A stretch of 64,000 bases of DNA from Macrostomum lignano (lineage: Eukaryota). Of this stretch, positions 1 to 10,594 are shown in pieces. Where the stretch lies: contig NIVC01001148.1 of NCBI GenBank assembly GCA_002269645.1, forward strand, positions 1 to 64,000, read 5' to 3'. The number at the start of each line of letters is the position of its first letter. Position 1 is the stretch's first letter. Both the position numbers and the translations under genes were made by a program. The notes below the pieces were generated by a model. It was not told the origin of the DNA. It searched no databases and was given only the letters and a program-made list of their open reading frames with translations.

Positions 1-746
1 TATATGCAGGCGCCCAAAAGCCGGGTTTTCATACGGCTGTCTTCGCCTTAAAAATTTGGTCTTAATCTTCATCTTTTGAAAGCCAGCGTTACAGACAGAC
101 GGTGCAATGGTCGAGTACCAATTGCGATTTGTGCAGTTTTGGTTATCTATACTCAGCAACATTGAAAAGTCGCCACTCTATGCGCCAGCGAGCAATTTCT
201 CTTGGACTGACTATTCTGAAATAAAAGATACGAGAAAACTGATTGGGGTGGCTTTGATGCGTCCAACCCTCGCCCCCGCTTCTTATCTAAACTTAAGTCT
301 GCCGCGGCGTAGCTGAGTTGCGTCACTCGCAAAGATTGAGACTATACCTGTAATTCTATGCATGTCATTCATTATTACATGTATTAAAGGACCCCAACCA
401 ATGACAGCTTCTTTTACGCTCGTATGTTGCGGCGTTTCTAGTGAGTTATCAATCTCGCTCCTTGGTAGCGAAAATAGAAGGCACGTTGATGAGATGACAT
501 CATTCAGTTCTTCACAGCGGTAATATCGATACGACAGTCAGTTTATAATCAAGCTTAAGCACAGTATACATGGTTGAATTATTATAGCAGAATAATAACA
601 CCTAACGATCTGTGGTTACTCTATAAATCTCCCCGTTCTAAAGATATACCCCAAAAGTTTATGAGTTTGCAATTGTACCATATACTAAGCATTTATTCTA
701 CTAACTAAAGTTGACAGAATGGGAGGCCTTCCTTTTAATATCAAAT

Positions 747-2184
747 TCAAAATCTCGAGTCGTTTCCTCTGCCTTCGCGACTCAGATGGCATTCTAGTTT
801 CGACTTTGTAGCGTCCTTGTGCTGCATCATTAGTCTCCACATGTTTGTCATTTCCAATTCGCTCACTTGGTGCATTACCAGACCGTTGTGGTAGTCACAC
901 CAGTTTGTATAGCTGTAGAGATGCAGGATAAATCTTGGGTGGCTTTTTAGTGCGATACCAGCCCGCAAAGCGCATAGGCCCATATAGACATCCTCAAGGC
1001 GCATCGGGTATGTAATATCACTTGCCTCAAGCAGCGCAGAAAGAGCGACTCGAGAAAGTAGATAGCCCGGTCCTGAAATTTTATGAAGTCTAAACATGAG
1101 ACTGGACAGGCATAATCCAAGGTTTTTTTACTGCCCGTTTAAGAAACAATGGTAGATTGTTCAGTAAGTAGCTGAGATAGATAATAAATGCGAGAAAGCA
1201 GTCCCGTGATGAAATTTGTACACGGGGTGTACTGTACATTGGGGAGCAACTGCGTAATAATGGCCAAAAATATAAATTGCTTGGTTTGTCTGGGTCTCTG
1301 ATATACAATGCACATGTACGAGTAGCAACACTGGAGAAACAGCCCGAAGAAACTTCTCTAGACCAAATGGGAATGAAAAGCTGGCTAGAGAAAATCATAC
1401 TTTCTTACCATTCGCGTACCGAGGAAACTTGATCAGAGGATAGTTTTGGTAGCTAACGCGCCACTTCTTAACTCCACTATGTCGGTTAGGCTCCAACCAG
1501 CGAGGTACGCTGCCAGTGTATAGAATCTGCGAATCAACCAGCGAGAGAGATAAAAGATAGTCACCAATTCGAAATGGATTCACCATGCAGTCTGCAGTCT
1601 GTGTCCGTCTTGAAAAAGAATTTGGCCTCTGGACAAGCCGTTGCTGTCCAATCCATCGCCGCAATTGCCTTCAGCGTCAGATTTTCGTAAGAGTCTCGGA
1701 AACTGAGTTGCACGATGTCTCCGTATCGATTGCTTTCATTATCAATTTCTCGCTGAATTTTTATGCTCGGTACGTAGCCAAGAATAAAGATCCAGCGCAA
1801 AGGGAACCCATGGATCTCATTCTGCGACATGTAGAGCCGTCGGAGGAGCTCTCGTCTGGTAAAATTGCTAGGTGCCGAAATAACCGCACCGAGCAACAGG
1901 GGCTGCAGCTGCATGTCTTTGCATGACTTGGCCCAGTGAACGTAATTGAACTTGGCAAGGTGAACTGATCGGATAGCTGGAGTCTTTAGGACTCCAGAGT
2001 TTTTTTTAACCCCAGGCAAATGTGAGCTCGCTTCGAGCTGCTGCTTACTGCGAGTTGAGGGATTTAAACAGACGAGTTCAAGTGGAGCGGATAATAAGTG
2101 CAACGCTACGATCAAACCAAGAGAGACGACAAACGCAAAAAGGTATAGCAATTCACGCCAGCCTTTCATGATGATACGATGCAT
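747..2184 (-). CDS. GT31-family beta-1,3-galactosyltransferase-like gene, 2 coding exons (2184-1409, 1072-747), reading frame broken by a 7-bp tandem duplication at 1586-1599
   Basis: N-terminal TM anchor (LLYLFAFVVSLGLIVALHLL) and GT31 motifs: RRELLR, IFILG, ESNRYGDIVQLSFRDSYENLTLK, FFKTDTDC, KWRVSYQNYP..FPRYANG/PGYLLS, EDVYMG. The donor (G|gtaag at 1409) and acceptor (ttcag|GA at 1072) are phase-compatible only if 7 bp are removed from exon 1. Confidence 0.88.
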
Positions 2185-2665
2185 TCCGGTGCGTTCAGGT
2201 GCGCGAACAGGTAAAGAGCGGATTCCTGCCCCGCTTGGATTTATTTATACTCACGACAACTATTTTTTTAACAAAGAAATCACTATTCACAAGAATAAAT
2301 CCAGCTGGCTAGGTGAATTTGGACTGAAAAGAGTGTAGAATTCAGTAAAGAATCTAAAGCATTGATAGAGGAAGCACCCATAATACGTTATTGTTCTGCG
2401 CCGCTTTGTCTCGGTAAACAGGAACAGAAACAATCTAGACTGCATAAATGCTAGGCGACTATATTCTCCGGACACAGCGTATTCAGACTAGTTTTGGTAT
2501 TGGGGTTTTTGTAATAAAACCATATCTAATGCAGACAAAGCTTTAGAGTTACGAAAAGCCGGTAGCTTTCAACTATACGAAAAGCCGGTACTTTAAAGTC
2601 AACTATACTATGTCAGTCACGACGTCACCAGTCGTGTCACTGTGTCAGTCGTGACGTCACCAGTA

Positions 2666-2773
2666 CCCACCGGACTCTACGTCTGGTCTACGACTTTGTC
2701 GTAGCTCCTACTTGGCGCCGCGTTTTCGTCGCGGAGGGGAAACACGCCCAATAGGGGTGTACGAAGAGCGCCA
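2666..2773 (+). ncRNA. Putative HDV/CPEB3-like self-cleaving ribozyme at the LINE 5' end
   Basis: Hand-folded: P2 TGGCGC 2713-18/GCGCCA 2768-73; P3 GCG 2720-22/CGC 2730-32; L3 TTTTCGT; P1 3' strand GGAGGGG 2733-39; P1.1 AA 2740-41 with L3 TT; P4 ACAC-G-CCC/GGG-GTGT 2742-60; J4/2 A-CGAA with candidate catalytic C2762. Starts at the TSD boundary. Confidence 0.72.
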
Positions 2774-2815
2774 TAACTCGGACACCGTGTCCAGCGAGCG
2801 TCATTGTACTGGAAG

Positions 2816-5800
2816 ATGAGCGCGTATCGGTTTTAACACCGGAGGAGCCAAGTATCCGGCCGCTACCTCCCCGCTCTTCTGTTGCTCAGGGCCGGCGATG
2901 TTGAGACCAACCCGGGGCCTCCTGCTGCCCGTCAGCTGCGGCCGCCCTCTGCGCGGCAAGTTCCTCACCTGCGCGAGATGTAACAGCCGCTTCCATCTGC
3001 AGAGGGAATGCTCCGGGTTGAGTCGTTGGGCCGCGAACAAGGCCGCGGACGCCCAGGAATGGCACTACGCCAATTGCGAGAACGGCCCCACCACCCAGAC
3101 AGACTCGTCGTCCTCTGACCAACCGTCCACCCCTATCTGCCAGCCCACGGAGGAGCAAACCGCTCGCAGGCAAGCCCTGCTCAACTGTATCCGGCAGGAG
3201 AAACCTAAATGCAACCATTGTCGGAAAACGATGCGCGTCAGCTCCACCATCGCCTGCTGCAATGCCTGTGAAGGATTCTTCCATAACGCCTGCACGCAAG
3301 CCACGCGCGACCAGATCAAAAAAGAAATCGGTCGTGGGCTTTGGAGATGCGGTCGCTGCACCGAAGCCGCCTGCCTCCAAGGCCCGCCCTCCCCTGAGGA
3401 CCCTGACCCCACTCCTGTTGGAGGGAGCCACCCGGAAGCTGGGTGGGACTGCAAGAAACCTGAGCTCAAAATTATTCAATGGAATGCGGATGGGATCAGC
3501 AACAAAATGGGGGAGCTTGAGGACCTCGCATCCCGGCTTCAGGCCGACGTTATTGCGGTTCAGGAGTCGAAGCTCACCTCCTTCAACAAAACCCCCCGCA
3601 TCCCGGGCTTCAGCACCATCCGCAAGGACCATAAAACTGCCCGCTGCGACCCGAACGTTAAAGGCGGCGGCCTGCTCTTCTTTTCCGGCAAGGCATTCCG
3701 TTCAATAAACTTCAAGGATGGTCTGGCGGAACCACCGAAGGCTGCAGAATTTCGATCAGCACCTCGGCCAGAAAAAAACTTGTCGTCTCCAACATCTACC
3801 GCCCCCCCATCCGGCGCGTGGAAGGCGAAGATCACCGTGAGCACCCCAGTGTCGATTCCTGGCTCAGATGCTTCCACAGGGAAATTCTGCTTGGTGACCT
3901 CAACCTCCACCACACTGCCTGGGGCAGCGATCCCAATCAAGGACCTGAAGGTGCAGCAAAGCTCAGTGCCTGTTCGACTGGTGCAACTCCGTGGACTACC
4001 GCATCCTGAACTCAGGGGAACACACCTGCGTTGACAGGCGCACCGGACGGACTAGTGCTCCCGATCTCACCATCGCTAGTCAATCAGTGGCCGACCTCTG
4101 TAAATGGCAACCGCTCACCGAGTTTGGCTCCGATCACCAACCCATCCTGGTGACAGTCCGGGAATCCCGGGAAACCCTGAGCACTGCGCCTCGCTTCAGC
4201 TGGTCTCGGAAAAAAGCGGACTGGACCGCTTACCAGACCCTGCTCTCCGAGGACGCCGACCACCTCAATGGCGGCTCCATCAAGAAACAGATTGCCAGGC
4301 TCAGCTCGGGCATGCTTAAAGCAGCCAAAGCTGCTATCCCGCTCAAAAAGTTTCTGCCAAAAACAAGCCATACTGGGATGAAGAATTTACTGAACTTCGC
4401 GACACTCGGAACCGGCTTAGGGAATCTGGCGCCCATCCTGGCGAGTGGCTCGAAAAAAGTCACGAACTGTCCAAACTCTGTGCCGAAAAGAAAGCCGAAT
4501 TCTGGAAGGAGTACATCAACAAAATGTCCGACTCTGCCGACCCAAAACAAGTCTGGAGGACTGTCAAGTGCCTCAGCAACGGCAAACAACAAGATCCTCC
4601 CAACGAATCTCTCGTTGTTGATGGTCGAGACCTGCGCACGGACAAGGAAAAGGCTAACGCCTTTGGCCGCTATTACGAAAACATCAGCACTCTGAAACAC
4701 TCGGCGGTGGACCGCAAGGTCAAAGTGGCCACGTCCCGTCGCCTGGCTCATTACTCCACAGACGACGACCTTTACTGCCGTGACTTCACCCCTAAAGAGC
4801 TGAGACGGGCCATTGGCAAACTTGACCCCAGCAAAAATGTGGTCCCGCCGAAATCGAAGCTGCCTTCTTCATCTACCTGCCGGACTCTTGGATGACGGCC
4901 TGGCTGGCCGTCTTCAACCGTTGCTGGCACACCGGACACTGTCCTGGAGTCAGGCCGTCCGAGTCTGGAAAAAGGCCGTTATCGTCCCCCTGCTAAAGGA
5001 CGGAAAGGACCCCAAAGACCGCGGTAGCTACAGGCCTGTCAGCCTCACCTCCATCTGCGGGAAGATCCTCGAACGGCTAGCTTATCCTTGATCGCCTCTA
5101 TCGCTGGCTCGAGCGCCACAACATCATTCAGGCCTGGCAAGCCGGTTTTCGTAGTCGTGGCTGTGAAGAGCAAATCGCACGCCTCGTTCAGTCAATTCAA
5201 GATGGATGGGAGAAACGCCCGCACTTGAAAACTGTGGCCATCCTCATTGACTGCTCTCGCGCCTTCGACCGTGTTTGGCGCGCTTGCCTTATTGGTCGCA
5301 TGATGGACGAAGGCGTCCCTGCCTGTATGGTGCGCTGGTTCACCAGCTTCCTCGAAGGCAGGCAGATCGCTGTGCGGGTCGGCTCCTCGCTTGGGAAATG
5401 GCGCAGACTGAGGGAAGGCGTCCCCCAGGGCGCCGTCAGCTCGCCTGCCCTCTTCCTCATCTATGTTAACAAGTGGTCCGGTCACAACGTGCCTCTCGTC
5501 GACTACAGTGGCTATGCAGATGATCTCGCCCTCTGGAGCACGGGCCGGAACCTCCCGGAAATCCAGGCTCGCCTCCAATCCGCCCTGCAGCTCGTCGAGG
5601 AATGGGCCGCTCATCTACGCATCGACATCAACCTTTCTAAAACTGAGGGATGCCTCTTCTCTCGGGACAGATCCGACCGTCAACGCAACCTCAGCCTCAC
5701 CCTCCGGGGCCAACAGATTCCTTTCAAGCAGGAGATTAAGTTTCTCGGAATCTGGATTGACCAAGGTCTGCTATTCGAAAAGCAAACTGACTCCGTCCGG

Positions 5801-7130
5801 GAGAAAATGCTTCGCCGAGCTGCCATCCTTCGTGCCCTAGCCCACCGTGAATGGGGCTGGGATCGCAAGCTGCTGCTGCGAGTCTACTGGGCTCTTGTCG
5901 AATCCGTCGTGTGGCATGCCGCCGCGGCCTGGACGCCCTGGCTATCTGCGACCCGTCTCAACGCCATCGACCGTGCCTAGCGTGAGGCCCTCCGGGTTGT
6001 CACTGATCTCCCCCGCTCGACACCGGTAGAGGCCATCTACTTTGAGTCGGGAATCCTTCCTATCAGCCTCGAAGCGCGCCGAAGATCGCTGCTTGCGGTT
6101 GAGAAGGCGCTCCGCAGACCTCCCGGCGACCCCTTCCGGCAGCTTTGCGAACGCCGCCAGGACACCCGGCTTTCTGCCAACCGAGGCCTCCGCGAAAAAG
6201 CTAGACGCATCACCGATGAGCTCCTTGGTGGACACCGTCTAGCCAACAGCCACATCCGGCTCCCACCCTGGAATTCGTTGGCCGACGCCGGAGTGCGCAT
6301 GTTCAACAAGCTGCTGTTCGAGCCCATTGAAACCGACGCCGCCCAGGCGGGTCCAAGCCACCGCGACCGCACGCTGCCCGAACGCCGCCACTTACTTCAC
6401 CGACGGATCCGTCTCTGGTGGCGTTGAAAACGGAGGTGCAGCCTGGATTCTCCTGAGCCAGGACGGCTCCATCAGCCGGCGCGGGCGCGTGGCCGCGGGC
6501 CGCTGGTGCAGCCCTCGGCCTTCCTTTGAGGCCGAACTTATCGCCATCTTCCAGGCTCTAAGCGATATCATTGCCAATGCCCCGAAAGAGGCTGCAATTC
6601 TCACCGACAGCCAGAGCGCTATCGCGGTCCTGCAAGCTGATCGCCCAACCATCAACCCGCTCGTCGAGAACGTTAAGGAACGCCTTATCATCGCCGCCCG
6701 TCTTTCTAAGATCATCCTGCAGTGGGTGCCCGGGTACGCCGGAATCCCCGGAAATGAACTGGTGGATGCCGAGGCCAAACTAGCGGCCACGCTGCCTCAG
6801 GAGCATGTCGGCACCACCCTGGATTCGGCTAGGGCCCGCATCCGACGGGTTGTTAACTATTCGCCCAACATGACAGGCCACCTGCTCGAGGTCTATGGCC
6901 AAAAGATTACGACGCATGAGGGCCCTCGCAGGCAACACAGGTCCTAGTCTCGCAGGTCCGCGCCGGCCACTGTCCTGCATCGATCTACTACCGCGACCGC
7001 ACCGGCATTGATGTCGGGGCCGGCAACTGCCGTCTCTGCGCGGAAGAGGTAGATCAATTCAAACTTTTCAACTGCCCGGCCCTGGACGTCCAACGCCGTA
7101 CTCACGGCATTACCGAAATGTGTCAACTCG
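2816..7130 (+). pseudogene. Disrupted single polyprotein ORF of the Ingi-like LINE: 2A - PHD - PHD - APE - RT - RNase H - zinc knuckle
   Basis: Consecutive ORF fragments 2898-4034, 3991-4695, 4524-4895, 4813-5091, 5225-5980, 6327-6947 join into one domain order through frameshifts and stops. PHD-like motifs: CGRP..CARC..FH..C..WHYANC and CNHC..CCNAC..FHNAC..WRCGRC. Confidence 0.88.
2837..2920 (+). other. 2A (StopGo/ribosome-skipping) peptide HRRSQVSGRYLPALLLLRAGDVETNPG|P
   Basis: Exact D(V/I)ExNPGP consensus: GAT GTT GAG ACC AAC CCG GGG CCT at 2897-2920, preceded by a hydrophobic LLLL run. In frame with ATG 2816, with a TAA at 2834 in this copy. Not visible in the supplied ORF track because the frame shifts just downstream. 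Confidence 0.85.
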
Positions 7131-7362
7131 TTCGCGCCGACGTGGTGGCGCTTCTCCTAGGGGCCATCGGTTGGTGTCCCCTTTAGGAGAGGCTCACAGC
7201 ATACAACAACAATAACGTCACCAGTAATGCAAAAACCAACTATATTGAGATCATTGTCTAGCAATTTGACGATCATTATTCAAATTTTTAATGTAGAACA
7301 ATCCATTACTACAAGCAATACATTGTCTGCAGGATCGTCAAATAGAAAAACAATGCAAAGAA

Positions 7363-7760
7363 TCAGCGGTCGCAGCACGTGACAACGATTTGTCTATGGC
7401 TCGCGCCTACCGCTCGCCAGACAATCGTTGTCACCCACTGGGACCGCTGATTATTTATTTTGTTGTCTAGCGGGCAAAAATAAGAGGTGTCTCGTTTATT
7501 GACCGAGACGAAGCCGAGGTCAATGATCGAGACACCGAGTGCTTTTGGCCCTAGACAGCTAAATGAGTGGGGAATATGATATGTATCCCCCGTTCGTTGT
7601 CTATGGTTGTTGTCTCGAATTTATCAGCCCGCGGGGCAGCGGGAAATAAATGATTTATTCACCTAGGGAAATAAATGAAAACATGCGTCACATAGACACT
7701 CGCCCGGGGCAAAAGGGGGATACATGGGGAATATATACCATTTATCCATTGTCTAAGGAT
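7363..7760. repeat. Cluster of nested palindromes (non-autonomous DNA element/MITE-like)
   Basis: TCAGCGGTC..GTGACAACGAT/ATCGTTGTCAC..GACCGCTGA (7363-7450); TGTCTAG..GGTGTCTCG..ATTGACC/GGTCAAT..CGAGACACC..CTAGACA (about 7464-7558); ATGTATCCCCC/GGGGGATACAT. Confidence 0.5.
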
Positions 7761-8680
7761 TCAAGTGAAAAAACGAATCCGAATAAGTATGTTATTCCCG
7801 CTTTTTTCATTTATTGTGGCCGCGAATAGCTGAAAAACATGGATCAATAAAACCATTGATTGCTTGTCTGTCTTCAATTTTAGCCACCCCCCAGAAGCCT
7901 CAGTTCGCATTGATTTAATTGGCTACTAAATATTCCTTAGTCGTTTGTCTATGGCAAAAGCTGCAGCTAATATAGAACATACAAGACTCGAAGACAGTTG
8001 CACGATGTCCTAACGACTTTTGCAATCTAGCTATTTCTTGTTGCATTTAATGTTTTGTACAGAGCCTGGATAGGCGACTAAGACACGACTAAAATCACCA
8101 TTCATGGCTGAATGGGTTGCTATTGCTATTCAGCCTTTGTATTGGGCTCAAACCATGCATTGTTATTCAGGTAAAAAGAAAAGTTCAAACCTACAAGCTT
8201 CTCCACGGTGGTCTGTATTTATGAGTTAGCAGAAGCTAAAGAAGTCACTACGACTGCCTCTAGCTACGGGTAGTGAAAGGAATTTATCGAAACCAAAATG
8301 GTATATTGTAAGGATTTTAGCCTTAGCCTTACACTAGCAAGCGCTTCGTTGGCAAACAAATATGATTGTTTCAGTTTTTGCTCATCCATTTTGGTGGCCT
8401 CACTAAACCATGACTAAGAGATGGTTGCACAATATTTGGAAAAGCCAGCAAATAAAAAGCTTTAACAAAAAACGTACTACTCATCTAAATAATAACACAT
8501 TGATCGTGAATTAAAAATTGATAGTAGCTACGCTCGTACATAGTAAAAATTGTCGGTTTTGTTTCTAGTTACCAGAATTAGCACAAAGAACATGATCAAG
8601 CTAACAGAGAACAGTTTCAATTAAACATAGAAAATTCAGATTTGAATTTAATAATGCTTGGAAACAGACAAGCTTACTGT

Positions 8681-10594
8681 CTATTCTGAGTCGATGCAAA
8701 CTAACGATTTAAGAAGCGTTCCCTCGGGTAGTCGAGCGCGGCCGTTAAGAAAAGAGAGTTCAACCACGACCAAGCAACCAGTGACATTGCCACCAACCCG
8801 CTGGATAAGGCGAACAGCAGCAGCCATGGTGCCGCCTAGAGCTACTAGGTCGTCAACCAGCATGACTTGGGCACCGGGTGGAACTGCATTGGCCTGGATT
8901 TCGAAGCGATCCTGCCCGTACTCCTTGGTATAGCTCTCAGATTCAACTCGACCGGGTAGTTTTCCAGCCTTACGGATCGGTGCGAAGCCGACACCAAGGC
9001 GCTGGGCAATGCAGGGTCCAAACAAAAAGCCGCGCGACTCTAGACCAACGACAAGATCCACCTGAGGCAAGCCCTGCAACTCAGGAAGCAGTATGGGAAT
9101 CAATTATCAACAAGATAAAAATGAGCAGTTTCTAGATCTTTCAATTATTTGGAAAACCTGCACTCGATTTTGATCGCTCTGTGATAAGTGGCACCACATG
9201 CTACAAACAAATACTGAGGACTTCTGGAATAACCCTCATAGTCTGAAGATCGAAATCAAATGAAGCCAATATTGTGTAATCACATGCTTCTAATCTTTTT
9301 TGTCAATTTTGTACATCCTTTACGTGATTCGATGGCTCATTTTATGCGGGAAAGCTGATTTGCATCAAAATTACTTGGCAGCCAAGCAATTCTTTAAACG
9401 TTCCACAGCACGAGCGTATAAGCTGACAGTGACTGTTATATTAATGAAAGTCTTCTGCATGCTGCCCATACGTACGCCTAGTCAGTCTTAGATCAAGCAA
9501 TTTTTAGAGCTACTTTAATCAGTGTCATAGGAGCGTAAGAATTACAATGATAGTGGAAAATATCGAGGAAAAATAGAAGTAAGCATGTACCTTGGCAATA
9601 TCGACCATAGAATCGATTGTATCAGCAAAGATAGACGGCGATGCCAGAATTCCCATAATATCTCTACAAATTTGTTTGAAGGTAATAAAAAATTGGCAAT
9701 TCCTGGATACAATCTATTACTTGCTTATAATCCATAGAAATAAAGACTTTCCGTGACAATATTTGCGTTCTCCGGGATTTTATTTGGTAATATTCAATAA
9801 TATCCCGTAAAGTCTTTATGTCAATGGTTTATACCTGGTTTATATAGTTGAAGCCTTAGGCCCTCGTGATTTATACAAATAGCGCCCTCAAAAGGCATGT
9901 TTAATCTGATACATAAAACATAGACAATATTTTACGGGATATTATTGAATGTTGCCAAATGAAATCCCGGAGAACGCAAATAATGCCCGGAAAATCTTAT
10001 TATGAAATCAGGTTTATTCACTTGCAGTAGTTGCGGTTCGTCATGGTAAGATTGTGCAAGGGTTGCTCGTTGTAAGAAGAAAAGAAAAGAAAGGAATTTT
10101 TAACACAGACTAGCTAATTGTAAAAGCCAACGCATTTTGTTGTCACACGTCACGCGTTTCGACATCTTTACGGCTCATTTATCACAAACACAACCAGATA
10201 TATTAAATACAATAGAATTATTAATTATCAAAAACACAAGCTCTAAGGTCAGTTCAACCTAGTCCAGTTTAAACAAAATCAATAGTCAAATTAGTCATGT
10301 TCACAAAGAACGACAACGGAAGATACACTCAAGGACTTCTCACAACTGAGTTGATGCTCAGCTCCACTGCTTGGAAGTTAAACGAACCCTGAAGATGTCT
10401 CGTGGTAAGACAACCAGCATATCAGAATTATTCGCCACAAGAAGACGCAATGATACCAGCGCGATCGACGATCGAAAAATAAAGGGATTTAGTATCAAGA
10501 CTCACTTGAAGACAATGCCAGGTTTTGGAAAGTCCGGATAGTCTACTAAGGCCGACTTGATCCGTTGCAATCGAGCCTCTTGTTCAGCAGACAT
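8681..10594 (-). CDS. APRT: Adenine phosphoribosyltransferase, 3 exons (10594-10506, 9663-9591, 9073-8681), 184 aa
   Basis: Exon 1 MSAEQEARLQRIKSALVDYPDFPKPGIVF(K), exon 2 DIMGILASPSIFADTIDSMVDIAK, exon 3 GLPQVDLVVGLESRGFLFG..IRKAGKLPG..EYG..VDDLVALGGT. GT-AG sites and phases (2, 0) are consistent. Confidence 0.95.
9735..10003. mobile_element. MITE/foldback in APRT intron 1
   Basis: About 90-bp imperfect inverted arms: TTTGCGTTCTCCGGGATTT..TTCAATAATATCCCGTAAA and its reverse complement at about 9930-9980. Confidence 0.6.

Larger units (their letters stand above)
2666..7214 (+). mobile_element. Full-length non-LTR retrotransposon (Ingi-like, I group), degenerate; 12-bp TSD ACGTCACCAGTA
   Basis: Identical ACGTCACCAGTA at 2654-2665 and 7215-7226; (ACA)n-type tail at about 7202-7214. 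Fragmented ORFs give APE (IIQWNADG, IAVQESKL, LGDLN, SDHQPI), RT (KKAVIVPLLK, YRPVSLTS, IDCSRAFDRV, GVPQG, YADD), RNase H (YFTDGS, EAELIAI, TDSQSA, QWVPGYAGIPGNELVD) and a C-terminal CxxC...H...C knuckle remnant near 7030-7085. Confidence 0.93.

Noticed and set aside
2886-6980. Antisense ORFs of 60-250 aa across the LINE (similarly across Gypsy 33041-37370)
   Set aside because: Expected shadows of GC-rich coding sequence; no motifs.
8681-9073. Horizontal transfer of a bacterial-like APRT
   Set aside because: The gene has two canonical spliceosomal introns and ordinary eukaryotic features; nothing in the sequence supports HGT.
9103-9135. ORF-track start for APRT at 9103
   Set aside because: The first 10 codons are intron; the true N-terminus is in exons at 10594-10506 and 9663-9591.
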